From assembly GCA_024404505.1 (NCBI GenBank), contig JAKSPU010000001.1, forward strand, positions 8,375 to 72,374: a stretch of DNA of 64,000 bases. Reading direction: 5' to 3'. Of the stretch, positions 1 to 8,986 are shown piece by piece. Numbering within the stretch: position 1 is the first letter of the stretch; each line of letters starts with the position of its first letter. The DNA comes from Clostridia bacterium (GTDB taxonomy: Bacteria > Bacillota > Clostridia > Oscillospirales > CAG-272). The notes beneath the pieces were generated by a model that worked only from the letters and a program-made list of their open reading frames with translations, was not told where the DNA came from and did no database searches. Both the position numbers and the translations under genes were made by a program.

Positions 1-21
1 TACAGAAGGAGGAATCCGACC

Positions 22-945
22 ATGCTTGAGCTGAAAAATATCACGATGCGCTTTGAGTCGTATGATAAACGGCAGGATCAGACCGTGCTGGACGGTCTGT
101 CGCTGACCATCCCGTCCGGCTGCATATACGGTCTCGTCGGCCCCAACGGCACGGGCAAATCTACGCTGCTGCGCTTGATCGCCGGCGTATATCAGCCCGA
201 AAGCGGCGGCATCACCCTTGACGGCGTGCCGATATGGAACAATCCGGATGCCAAGCGCCGGATCTGCTTCGTCCCGGACGACCTTGTCTTCGGGCCGGGA
301 GCCGACCTGCGCCAGCAGGCGCGCTTTGCGCGGACGATCAATCCGCAATTCGACAAGGCCCGCTTTGCCGAGCTGACCGGGCTGTTCGGCCTTGCGGTCG
401 ACAAGCCTCTCCGCAATTTCTCCAAGGGTATGAAGCGGCAGGCCGCCATCGCTCTGGCACTCGCCGGTCACCCGGACCTCTTGCTGCTGGACGAGACGTT
501 CGACGGTCTCGACCCCGTGATGCGCAACCTCGTGCGGAAGCTGCTGTACGCCGAGGTGCTGGACCGCGGCGCGACCGTCATCGCCGCCTCCCACTCCCTC
601 CGCGAGCTAGAGAACACCTGCGACCGGCTGGCGATCCTCGAGGGCGGGCGCGTGCTGTACGAGACCGATATGGATAAGATACAGTCCACGCTCTGTAAGG
701 TACAGGTCGCGTTCCCGGAGGCAAAGCCGGCATCCTTCTTCGAGGGCCTCGGACTTGCGCCGCTGTCGTTCGAGCAGGCGGGGACCGTCACGACCATGGT
801 CCTGCGCATGGACAAGAGCGAGGCGGAGGCCGCGCTGCGGGCCGTTGACCCGCTGCTGCTGAACGTCCTGCCGCTTGACCTTGAGGAGATCTTCACCTTT
901 GAACTTGAGCAGGCCGGATACGCCGTCCGGAGCCTGCTCGTATGA
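22..945 (+). CDS. ABC transporter ATP-binding protein
   Basis: ATG at 22 with AAGGAGG at 6-12. Walker A GPNGTGKST, signature FSKGMKRQ, Walker B LLLLDETFDGLD, H-loop AASHS. Confidence 0.9.
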   Translation: MLELKNITMRFESYDKRQDQTVLDGLSLTIPSGCIYGLVGPNGTGKSTLLRLIAGVYQPESGGITLDGVPIWNNPDAKRRICFVPDDLVFGPGADLRQQARFARTINPQFDKARFAELTGLFGLAVDKPLRNFSKGMKRQAAIALALAGHPDLLLLDETFDGLDPVMRNLVRKLLYAEVLDRGATVIAASHSLRELENTCDRLAILEGGRVLYETDMDKIQSTLCKVQVAFPEAKPASFFEGLGLAPLSFEQAGTVTTMVLRMDKSEAEAALRAVDPLLLNVLPLDLEEIFTFELEQAGYAVRSLLV

Positions 946-964
946 CCGGAAGGAGGTATCGACC

Positions 965-2881
965 ATGAGTGAAACATCTGCCGGACGCAGCCGCAAGGCT
1001 TACGTCTCCACGCATATCTTCAATCCCGGCCTTTACCTGCGGGGGCTGATCCGTCTGTGGGTGCCGGGGCTTGCGATCGGGATCCCGGTCATGATCCTGT
1101 CGCTTGTCATATCCATGACAAGCCGCAACAATCTGAATCTGTCGGTCATGTTGGTGAGCTACCTGACGCCGCTCCTGTTCCTGACCGCGTTCTCGTTCCT
1201 CCGCAGCCGTCGGGAAGCCGATCCGGCCTTCTCCGCACCGGTGACGCGCACCTGCCTGTACGTCACGACCTGCCTGTCCGCACTGACGGTCTGCGTCATC
1301 CTGACCGCCGCTGCGTTCCTCTGCACGCTGCCCAACATCGGCCGGAATCTGTACGTGCCGCAGGGTGCCGATCCCGCAGCCGCCGCCCGGGATGCTATAG
1401 CAGACTATGCCATCCAGACGCTGTTCAGCCTGTGTTACGGCATTCTTTTGGGTAGCACGGTGACAGTCGCCATCGTCCTCTCCGGCAGCATCGGCCACTC
1501 GCTGTTCCTGACCCTCCTGTTTATCCTTTTTGACACCGCCCTTTCGCAGACGGTCACAGCGTATGCAAAACGGCTGCCGATGATCTACACGCAGGCTTCA
1601 AGGAGCGTTACCGAATTCTGGCAAAACCTTCCCTTCCGGAATCTGTTCAGCCTCATTTTCGGCACGAGCTACAGTGGCTCCATGCTCGGGGCTTTGGGCA
1701 TCAGGCTGCTCCTGGCCGCTCTCTTCTTCGTGATCGGCTGGCTGCTGTTCCGGAAGAGAAAGGCGGAGAACGCGGGCGACCCTGCCGCCGGGCGGGGCGC
1801 GCTGCACTTCACGGTCTGCCTGTTCATCTTCATGCTGACCGCGCTCGCCTGCGGCGACCGGAACCGCAGGATCTGGTGGGCAGCCGGCGCCGTGGCACTG
1901 TACTGCGTTTACCTGCTGCTCACCACCCGGCGTCTGTCCTCACTGTGGCGCTGTCTGCCGTACGCGGCTGTGACCGCGGCGGCGACGGTACTGCTGCTCG
2001 GAGGCACGTTCTATGCCATCGAGAGCGTCATCTTCCATACGTCCATCGACGCAGAAGAAGTGGAAGCCGTCTACGTGAACAACTCCTGGATCCCGGAAGA
2101 CGTCTTCAAGTTGAGACAGGTCTACGCGTTCCAGAACACCGGCGAATACGCAAGTCAGATCGATCCGCAGTATGAATACCTGAAGCTGCGGGACCCGGTG
2201 CTGATCCAAAAAATCGCCGACATGATCAACAAGGACAAGGCCAGTCGAAGCCCGGGCACAGAGAAGAGCGAAACGGGGCTGACCGAGGATCCGAAGCTGC
2301 TCGTTGTGACCTTATACACGAAAGACGGGCGCAGCCGGCGGTATGAGTTCATGGCGGAAAAGCAGGATCAGATCGAGCTATACGACCTGTACGGCAAAGG
2401 CCAATACGAGCTGTACCGAAAGCTGACCTCCGAGCTGCCGCCGGAGGAGGAGTACCCTTGCAAATCCGTCGAAATAGGGTACCGGTCCGTCAGAGACAAG
2501 TATCCCGGTTATAAGGAGGTCCAATCCGTTCCGGAGCTGGAAGCGGTGTTCCGGGAGGAGTTTGAAACGCTGGACGAGGGCACCAAGCAGGCTCTGGCGA
2601 TGCGGTTCGCCGAGGCCATGTCTTACGGCAGGATCCTGAATTACAACGAATACGAGGTAAAGATGCCGAAGAGCAGCAAGGACGGCTTGCGGGAAATATA
2701 TATCCGCCTGAACTATCAGTATCAGCAGTCCACCAACATCTATGTGGACATCTATACGCTGTATTTCCGCATCGACCCGGAACTGATGCCGAAGACCTAC
2801 CGCTATATCTGCGCCAGCATCCCTAAAACCGAGAAATTCATGAAAGGGGTATACAGCTGCTACGAGGTCAGCCCCGATTGA
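965..2881 (+). CDS. Polytopic membrane protein with a ~280-aa polar C-terminal domain; presumed permease partner of the upstream ATPase
   Basis: In-frame ATG at 965, 8 nt after GGAAGGAGG (948-956) and 20 nt after the ATPase stop. The N-terminal ~380 aa is a series of hydrophobic helices. The Tyr/Glu-rich C-terminal domain has no motif I recognise. Function is inferred from adjacency only. Confidence 0.6.
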   Translation: MSETSAGRSRKAYVSTHIFNPGLYLRGLIRLWVPGLAIGIPVMILSLVISMTSRNNLNLSVMLVSYLTPLLFLTAFSFLRSRREADPAFSAPVTRTCLYVTTCLSALTVCVILTAAAFLCTLPNIGRNLYVPQGADPAAAARDAIADYAIQTLFSLCYGILLGSTVTVAIVLSGSIGHSLFLTLLFILFDTALSQTVTAYAKRLPMIYTQASRSVTEFWQNLPFRNLFSLIFGTSYSGSMLGALGIRLLLAALFFVIGWLLFRKRKAENAGDPAAGRGALHFTVCLFIFMLTALACGDRNRRIWWAAGAVALYCVYLLLTTRRLSSLWRCLPYAAVTAAATVLLLGGTFYAIESVIFHTSIDAEEVEAVYVNNSWIPEDVFKLRQVYAFQNTGEYASQIDPQYEYLKLRDPVLIQKIADMINKDKASRSPGTEKSETGLTEDPKLLVVTLYTKDGRSRRYEFMAEKQDQIELYDLYGKGQYELYRKLTSELPPEEEYPCKSVEIGYRSVRDKYPGYKEVQSVPELEAVFREEFETLDEGTKQALAMRFAEAMSYGRILNYNEYEVKMPKSSKDGLREIYIRLNYQYQQSTNIYVDIYTLYFRIDPELMPKTYRYICASIPKTEKFMKGVYSCYEVSPD

Positions 2882-2929
2882 CCGTGCCGGTCACGTCTGA
2901 GCGGACGAAGATCCGCGAAAGGAGAAGTC

Positions 2930-4393
2930 ATGCAGGAATACGTTACCTATGAAGCGTTCGGGGCGGTCGGAGACGGCCGCACCGACGATATGGCCGCCAT
3001 CCGGGCGGCTCACGACTACGCCAACGCGCACGGGCTGCCCGTAAAGACCGCGCCGGATGCCGTCTACTATATCGGTCCCCGCGCGACGCCGGCGGTCATC
3101 CGCACCGACACGGATTGGACGACCTCGCGCTTCATCATCGACGACACGGAGACGGACGACTATACCGCCGACGTCTTCATCGTCATGCCGGAGGGGGCGT
3201 GGACTTCCCTTCCCCTCCCGCCGCTGAAGCGCGGGCAGACGCGTGTCGACCTTGCCGCCTGCGGGATCGCGCTCGACCGCGATATGTATGTCACCGTGAC
3301 GAGCGACGAACGCAGGCAGTACATCCGGTACGGCGCGAATCAGGACAGCGGCTCCCCTCAGACGGACAGCTTCATCCTGACCCGGGATGGCACGATCCTC
3401 TCCGGCATCAACTGGGACTACACCCGTCTGACTTCGGTCCGGGCGATCCCTGTTGAGGACACGCCGCTGACCGTGCGCGGCGGCTTCTTCACGACCATCG
3501 CCAACAGGGCCGAATCGCGGTACACCTACTACGGGCGCGGCATTTCCGTCCGCCGGTCCCGCGTCACCGTGGAGGGCGTGTCCCACACGGTCACGGGCGA
3601 GGGGGACCACGGCGCTCCCTATAACGGCTTTTTCTCGTTCTCCCACTGCGCGTATGCCGTGCTGAAGGACTGCCGCGTCACGGGGCACCGCATCTATCGC
3701 ACGATCGGCTCCGCCGGCGTGCCGGTCTCCATGGGCTCCTACGACATCAACTGCTATGCCGTCATCGACATCCGCTTCCTCGGCGTGAAGCAGGACGCCA
3801 TCCTCGACCGCTCACTGTGGGGCGTGTTCGGGTCCAACTTCTGCAAGCAGATCCTGTTTGACGGCTGCGTGCTGTCCCGCTCGGACGCGCACTGCGGTGT
3901 CCGCGGGTACACGATCCGCAACTCCGTCATGGGCTGGATGGGCACCAACACCATCGGCTTCGGCGACATGGTCATGGAGAACGTCACCTGCTTCGGGCGG
4001 CATCTTGTCGGCTTCCGTGAGGACTACGGCTGCACGTGGGACGGCGATCTGACGCTCCGGAACGTCGTCTGGATCCCCGAGCCGGGGACCTGCCTTGCCC
4101 CGGTCATGTTCCACGTCCGCAACGGCGGCACGCACGATTTCGGCTACCCCTGCACGCTGCCGCACCGCATCCTGATCGAGAACGTCACCGTCGTGGATAC
4201 GAACGTGCCGGAGGGCTATCGGGGCATCCGCCTGTTTGAGGACTTCGATCCTCATCCGGCGGAGGCGGAGCCGTTCCCGCTGGAGCGGCCCGACGAGCTG
4301 ATCATCCGGAATCTCCACACGGTATCCGGCAGACCGCCCGTCATCTGCGATCACACGGCATTGCTTCAGGACACGAAGATCACGGTGGAATAA
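2930..4393 (+). CDS. Right-handed beta-helix protein (pectate-lyase-3 / GH28-GH55-like N-terminus), no signal peptide
   Basis: ATG at 2930 after GAAAGGAG. The N-terminal motif YEAFGAVGDGRTDDMAAIRAAHDYA is typical of the Pectate_lyase_3 family. The Gly/Asn/Val-rich periodic sequence is consistent with a beta-helix. Confidence 0.65.
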   Translation: MQEYVTYEAFGAVGDGRTDDMAAIRAAHDYANAHGLPVKTAPDAVYYIGPRATPAVIRTDTDWTTSRFIIDDTETDDYTADVFIVMPEGAWTSLPLPPLKRGQTRVDLAACGIALDRDMYVTVTSDERRQYIRYGANQDSGSPQTDSFILTRDGTILSGINWDYTRLTSVRAIPVEDTPLTVRGGFFTTIANRAESRYTYYGRGISVRRSRVTVEGVSHTVTGEGDHGAPYNGFFSFSHCAYAVLKDCRVTGHRIYRTIGSAGVPVSMGSYDINCYAVIDIRFLGVKQDAILDRSLWGVFGSNFCKQILFDGCVLSRSDAHCGVRGYTIRNSVMGWMGTNTIGFGDMVMENVTCFGRHLVGFREDYGCTWDGDLTLRNVVWIPEPGTCLAPVMFHVRNGGTHDFGYPCTLPHRILIENVTVVDTNVPEGYRGIRLFEDFDPHPAEAEPFPLERPDELIIRNLHTVSGRPPVICDHTALLQDTKITVE

Positions 4394-4471
4394 AGTCCGC
4401 CCGTCACTTGACAAACGCAGAAAAAAAGGATATAATGGAAGCAGAAACATCCCCGTGTAAAGGAGATACCT

Positions 4472-5578
4472 ATGAAACGTAAACTGTCTTCCGTCCTGCT
4501 TGCCTGCCTGCTCCTTGCCGTGCTGCTCACCGGTGAGCTTCTCGCCGGATGCAAGCCATCCGGCCCGTCCGGCGAGGATTCGTCCGCCGATACGCCGACC
4601 GAGGCCCCCGCGACCGAAGCGCCTACCGAGCCCGAGACCGAGCCTGAAACCGAAGAGGACACCACGCCCGTCGCACCTTTCTCCGTCTGCCTGTATACGG
4701 GCGACCTGGAAAACGGAGTATCCGGGACCTACGAGTCGCTGGACGAGGCGATCGGGGCCGCACAGAAAAAGGCTTACCTTGGTCTGCGCGTCTGTGACGC
4801 GAACGGACGGCTGGTCTACGCGCCCTATACCGAACTGCAGTGCGACCTTCTGCGCGAAGCAAAATGGGTGACCGACTACGTGCGTGAGAACAGGTTCAAG
4901 TACGGTGACGCGCCGATCAACCCCGCGATGGACTGCTCCGCCAAGCTGGTCAGCTGCGACCGTCTGGTCGAGTGGGTATACTACCGCGTCGGCTTTACCG
5001 ATCAGCCCAAATCGCACGGACTTGTCGTGTCCAACTTCTTCCCGTGGTGCGAGCAGCACGGCTTCGAGAAGATCACCAAGGTGAGAGACCTCCAGCCCGG
5101 TGACCTCGTCGGTGTGCGTCCGTCCGCAAACGGCCAATATCCGGAGCACGTCTTCATGTTCGCGGGTCCGACCAACTATGAGCGGTCCTACGTCGGCCGC
5201 GGTAACTGTCTGCGGTACGACTGCGGCTCCGATACGCGCATCCAATCCGTACAGCCCTTCAACGAGCCGATCAACGACTTCATGTGCGCCTATCGGCCCG
5301 TCATTCACACGGGTTCGCTGACCAAGCTCTCGAAGGATATGACGCTCACGCTGGACATCGGTCCCGCCTGCGAGTGGTTCGTCGCCGTCCGGGACGCGGT
5401 ATGGGGGCAGGACGACATGGACGCAGACTATAACTACGCCGTCACGATCGACGGGAAGGACTACCTGTACGAGGAGAGCAAGGGCATTATCAAGGACGTT
5501 GAGACCGGCAACGTGGGCGAGGTCCCCCGCGCATTCCGCACCTCCTTCCGCGATTCTTCCAGAAGGATGTTCAAATAA
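4472..5578 (+). CDS. Lipoprotein with NlpC/P60-like Cys/His core
   Basis: ATG after AAAGGAG. Signal peptide MKRKLSSVLLACLLLAVLLTGELLAGC ends in a lipobox, followed by a Pro/Thr/Glu linker. VSCDRLVEWVYY ... LQPGDLVGV ... PEHVFMFAG resembles the papain-fold NlpC/P60 arrangement. Confidence 0.6.
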   Translation: MKRKLSSVLLACLLLAVLLTGELLAGCKPSGPSGEDSSADTPTEAPATEAPTEPETEPETEEDTTPVAPFSVCLYTGDLENGVSGTYESLDEAIGAAQKKAYLGLRVCDANGRLVYAPYTELQCDLLREAKWVTDYVRENRFKYGDAPINPAMDCSAKLVSCDRLVEWVYYRVGFTDQPKSHGLVVSNFFPWCEQHGFEKITKVRDLQPGDLVGVRPSANGQYPEHVFMFAGPTNYERSYVGRGNCLRYDCGSDTRIQSVQPFNEPINDFMCAYRPVIHTGSLTKLSKDMTLTLDIGPACEWFVAVRDAVWGQDDMDADYNYAVTIDGKDYLYEESKGIIKDVETGNVGEVPRAFRTSFRDSSRRMFK

Positions 5579-5595
5579 ACAAGGGTGTTCGTGGG

Positions 5596-5680
5596 GCGCC
5601 TCCCCGCACCCCGCATAAGAAACTTCTTATAAAAAGTTTCTTATGGATCTTCAAGAACTTTCATAATACTGAAATTGATA
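5596..5680 (+). repeat. Intergenic hairpin repeat family A, copy 1
   Basis: Perfect 12-bp stem CATAAGAAACTT (5614-5625) / AAGTTTCTTATG (5634-5645). Flanked by CCCCGCACCCCG on the left and GATCTTCAAGAACTTTCATAA on the right. Aligns with the copies at 45.7 kb and 59.75 kb. Confidence 0.7.
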
Positions 5681-5706
5681 AGCTTGAGTGAGTGCTGAAC
5701 AGAATC

Positions 5707-5740
5707 GGCGGGTGCCTTTACAGGCACCCGCCGTTTTTTT
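5707..5740 (+). terminator. Rho-independent terminator after the lipoprotein gene
   Basis: GGCGGGTGCC (5707-5716), loop TTTACA, GGCACCCGCC (5723-5732), then GTTTTTTT. Confidence 0.85.
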
Positions 5741-5921
5741 CACGCGGGAGAGGAAGTTAGGGGGATGAGGATCGGATACGTTGAGGGAAAAGAGTACCGT
5801 GAACGGCAAAAATCAGTTGAAGAATTCAAAAAAACTTTCTTCCTCCCGCACATCGGCCCATGAAAAATCGTCCTGTATTATAGAGCTGTATCCGGCAGAT
5901 CATTTTCCGGCGTCGGGCATC

Positions 5922-5950
5922 TTTACAAACGCCGGAGAATCTGTTATAAT
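5922..5950 (+). promoter_or_regulatory. Sigma-A-type promoter upstream of the sigma factor gene
   Basis: TTTACA (5922-5927), 17-nt spacer, TATAAT (5945-5950), with a TGT extended -10. Confidence 0.6.
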
Positions 5951-6018
5951 GACAGGAGAAGATATCTTTACCCTGTCACATCGGAAAACGCACATCTCAC
6001 GCGAAAGGAGGGATGTAT

Positions 6019-6585
6019 ATGCCGACATCGGATGATACGCTGCTGTATCTGCTTCAGACGCGGGACGAATCGGCGCTGTCAGCACTGCAATCGACCTGCG
6101 GGCGGGCGGCTGCCGCGCTGTCGAGAGACATCCTGCACAGCGATGAGGATGCGGAGGAATGTGCCAACGACGGGCTTCTGCGCGTCTGGAACACGATCCC
6201 TCCCGCCTGTCCTTCAAGCGTCCGCGCCTACTATCTGCGTGTGGTCCGCAACCTGTCGCTCGATCGGCTGAAGGCCCGCATGACGCAGAAGCGGGACGGT
6301 ACGGTCGACCTCGGCGTCGCGCTCGAGGAGCTGGCGGACTGTCTGCCCGACCTCTCCGAGGGAGAGAACGAAACCGCGCTGCGCGAGCTGTTGACCGATT
6401 TTCTGCGCGGCGAGGAGCCGCTCGACCGCGCGCTGTTCATCGGACGGTATTGGTATGCAACGCCGGTCAGCACGTTGGCGGCGGAACGGGGGTTGTCCCG
6501 CTTTGCGGTCAGCCGCCGGTTGAAGGCGGTGCGCGAACGACTGCGCACCTGCCTGTGTAAAAGGGGGTATCGATATAATGAATGA
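6019..6585 (+). CDS. RNA polymerase sigma-70 family (ECF-like) sigma factor
   Basis: ATG at 6019 lies 7 nt after AAAGGAGGG. Region-2-like segment DAEECANDGLLRVWNTIPP and region-4 HTH VSTLAAERGLSRFAVSRRLKAVRERL. Confidence 0.8.
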   Translation: MPTSDDTLLYLLQTRDESALSALQSTCGRAAAALSRDILHSDEDAEECANDGLLRVWNTIPPACPSSVRAYYLRVVRNLSLDRLKARMTQKRDGTVDLGVALEELADCLPDLSEGENETALRELLTDFLRGEEPLDRALFIGRYWYATPVSTLAAERGLSRFAVSRRLKAVRERLRTCLCKRGYRYNE

Positions 6586-8137
6586 ATCGAATCAGAACAA
6601 GGGTCTGCGGATGATGGACCTGATAGGAGACCTGCCGGACGATCTGGTCCTCTCCGGCAAGCCGGAGACCGACCCGCACGCCGGGGAGGAAAAGCAGGAA
6701 AACTGGTTCCTGCGGATGATGTCCAGCCCTGCCGTTGCCGTCGCGCTGTCGCTGTGCGTGGCGTTCGGCGTGCTGTTTCTGATCGTCCGCGCGGGACGGG
6801 GCGCCGGAGGGCGTCAGACCGCCGGACAGATGCAGGTAGACGGAGCGAACGTCAGCGTCTCCGGCAGCATGGTGCTGCCCGACGGTAAGATCACGCAGAT
6901 CAGCATTTCTACCGAGCCGAGAGGGTATTTCGGAGAGCTGACCGACACCGAGGACATTCAGACCGTGGTCGACTGTCTGCTGAATATGTCGGTCAAAAAG
7001 CTGAAGGACGGAACATTCCCCACCGACAAAACCGGCATGGTGTGGGTGATAACGTTCACCTACGATGACGGTTATCAATACGAGACGTTTGAGTTTGACA
7101 AGGTCTTCGGCGAAATGCACGGTCTCAACCGGTTCAGAATCTCCGAAAAGGACGAGAAAAAGCTCGACGAGCTGCTCCGGGGCTATGTGGATCGGCATGA
7201 GGCCGAGACGTTCAGACAGCCGATCCCGGAGAACCCGCTGCTGCCCGAGGGCACGGTCACGGCGATCGACGTTTATTCCATGCCCGAGGATCCGGACAAC
7301 TTCCGGACGTTGACCATGGGCGGGGACATCGACTTGCTGTTGAATCGTCTGCTTGACATGGACCTGACGTCCGTTGAGGGCGACGACGTCGGGGCCGCCG
7401 ACCTGATCTGGGCGATGATCTTTACCTATGAAGAGGGCGGAAAGCCGTATGAGATATACGAGGCCGGGCAGATCCTGTTGGTTCTTCACGACGACGAGGT
7501 CCGCGGCCGGTACAGCATCTCACAAGAGGATGAGGCTGTCCTCGATGCACTGCTTCGGTATTTCATCGACAACAAGGCGCCAGAGGAAACCGAATCCGCA
7601 CCGACAGGCAAAACGGAGACCGAGCCGGGCAGCACGAATCCCGGAGAGGATTGGGCCGAAAGCATGGAGTTGTCGACGGACGTCATCGACACCGTCGGGA
7701 ATCTGACCGTGATGGAGTACAGTGCCATCGTCCGGATACAGGAGGGGGTCGAGTTCATCGACGGTGAATGGGTGAATAAAAACCCAGACCTGCCCGGGCC
7801 GCGGATCACGTCTGACGAGGATTGGGAAGTGCTGTTCGCCGCCTGCGGGATGGAGGCAGCGGAGATCGAACGTCTGACGGAATGGTACCGTCAGCTTGAC
7901 GGGTATCACTTCGTGTGCGTTATGGTGACGGAGGGAAGCGGCTCCAACCGGGTCGTGCCCACCGGGATCACGGTCGACTCACGCGGTTTGCTGACGTTCT
8001 CCGTACTCGAAACGATCCCATATGTCGGTACCTGCGATGTCGCTTACCACTGCCTGATCGCGGCGGTGCCGGGGTATCTGTCCTTCGACCGCGTGGAAAC
8101 GGAAATCACGACGGTACACGAACAACCCGATGAATGA
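6578..8137 (+). CDS. Single-pass membrane protein, putative anti-sigma factor with duplicated extracytoplasmic domain
   Basis: ATG at 6578 overlaps the sigma factor stop (6583-6585) by 8 nt. One TM helix (AVAVALSLCVAFGVLFLIV). Two ~100-aa internal repeats at aa 103-204 and 225-330. Confidence 0.6.
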   Translation: MNESNQNKGLRMMDLIGDLPDDLVLSGKPETDPHAGEEKQENWFLRMMSSPAVAVALSLCVAFGVLFLIVRAGRGAGGRQTAGQMQVDGANVSVSGSMVLPDGKITQISISTEPRGYFGELTDTEDIQTVVDCLLNMSVKKLKDGTFPTDKTGMVWVITFTYDDGYQYETFEFDKVFGEMHGLNRFRISEKDEKKLDELLRGYVDRHEAETFRQPIPENPLLPEGTVTAIDVYSMPEDPDNFRTLTMGGDIDLLLNRLLDMDLTSVEGDDVGAADLIWAMIFTYEEGGKPYEIYEAGQILLVLHDDEVRGRYSISQEDEAVLDALLRYFIDNKAPEETESAPTGKTETEPGSTNPGEDWAESMELSTDVIDTVGNLTVMEYSAIVRIQEGVEFIDGEWVNKNPDLPGPRITSDEDWEVLFAACGMEAAEIERLTEWYRQLDGYHFVCVMVTEGSGSNRVVPTGITVDSRGLLTFSVLETIPYVGTCDVAYHCLIAAVPGYLSFDRVETEITTVHEQPDE

Positions 8138-8147
8138 ATCCCTGCCG

Positions 8148-8179
8148 GGGGCTGACTCACAAGGTCAGCCCCTTTTTTT
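8148..8179 (+). terminator. Rho-independent terminator
   Basis: GGGGCTGAC (8148-8156), loop TCACAAG, GTCAGCCCC (8164-8172), then T7. Confidence 0.85.
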
Positions 8180-8226
8180 CACCTTTTGGGTGGTCTCCCT
8201 CCCCAGCGGGAACGCAGGGCAGCGCC

Positions 8227-8535
8227 TTACTCATTCAGCCCCAAATCCTCCATTATGTCCCCCAGCGTACAGGGCGTGACCGTCATGCGGCGCAGCGTCC
8301 GGAACAAATCTCTGGCACGGGCTTCGTCGCAGCCCGCCGGACGCAGGCTGCGGTCGGCGGAGCTCTCCATACCGATCGCGTACAACGGCGGGCGGGACGT
8401 TCCGGCTGTCAGGGGCCGCCTGTACGCGACTCGGTACAGGACGCAGGTCACACGCTGCCTGCCGGCAGGGTAATTGGAGGCACAGAGCGGCGTCAGCCGC
8501 CATACGGGGAACGCGGGATCATTTCTGGGACGCAT
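8227..8535 (-). CDS. Hypothetical 102-aa protein
   Basis: ORF with AAAGGAA about 10 nt upstream of the ATG and GC-rich third codon positions. No recognisable motif. It could be a spurious ORF. Confidence 0.3.
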   Translation of the reverse strand: MRPRNDPAFPVWRLTPLCASNYPAGRQRVTCVLYRVAYRRPLTAGTSRPPLYAIGMESSADRSLRPAGCDEARARDLFRTLRRMTVTPCTLGDIMEDLGLNE

Positions 8536-8844
8536 TTTGTCATCATTCCTTTCTTTCGGCAGAATTCCGTACGTGAATCAGCATCCCGACGCGGGGGATG
8601 CGGGTAACAAACAGTATAGCACGTCCGGGATCCGGCGATAGATTAACAAAATGCGTTTTCCCGTCCGGCGGCGTCCCGTCCGTTCCGTTCCGGGAAACGT
8701 TTTGCGTTTCCGCTGACCGTCCGGTCCTTCCGCGGCACCGTCCCGCGCGCCATATACGCCGTTTGGACGCATTTTCGTAAAATCTGACAAAAGAAACCTT
8801 CTCCGCGGCGGCCGGAGCAGGCTCGCGCGGGAAGATATTACCGG

Positions 8845-8873
8845 TTGATTTCCGCGGCGATCCGCGTTATAAT
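8845..8873 (+). promoter_or_regulatory. Sigma-A-type promoter
   Basis: TTGATT (8845-8850), 17-nt spacer, TATAAT (8868-8873). Confidence 0.6.
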
Positions 8874-8986
8874 AGAGCCGGGAACGCGGATACGCGTCGT
8901 TTTTACCATTTTGACTGTTTTGGTAATATTTATTAAATCAAACGGAACGGAAGAAAAATATTTCCGCGTCCGGAAAGGAGTACATA

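Noticed and set aside
8134-8790. Several overlapping 60-157-aa ORFs on both strands in the 8.1-8.8 kb region.
   Set aside because: They are mutually exclusive, Arg/Pro/Gly-rich and lack an RBS. Only the 8227-8535 minus-strand ORF has a plausible RBS, and it is kept at low confidence.
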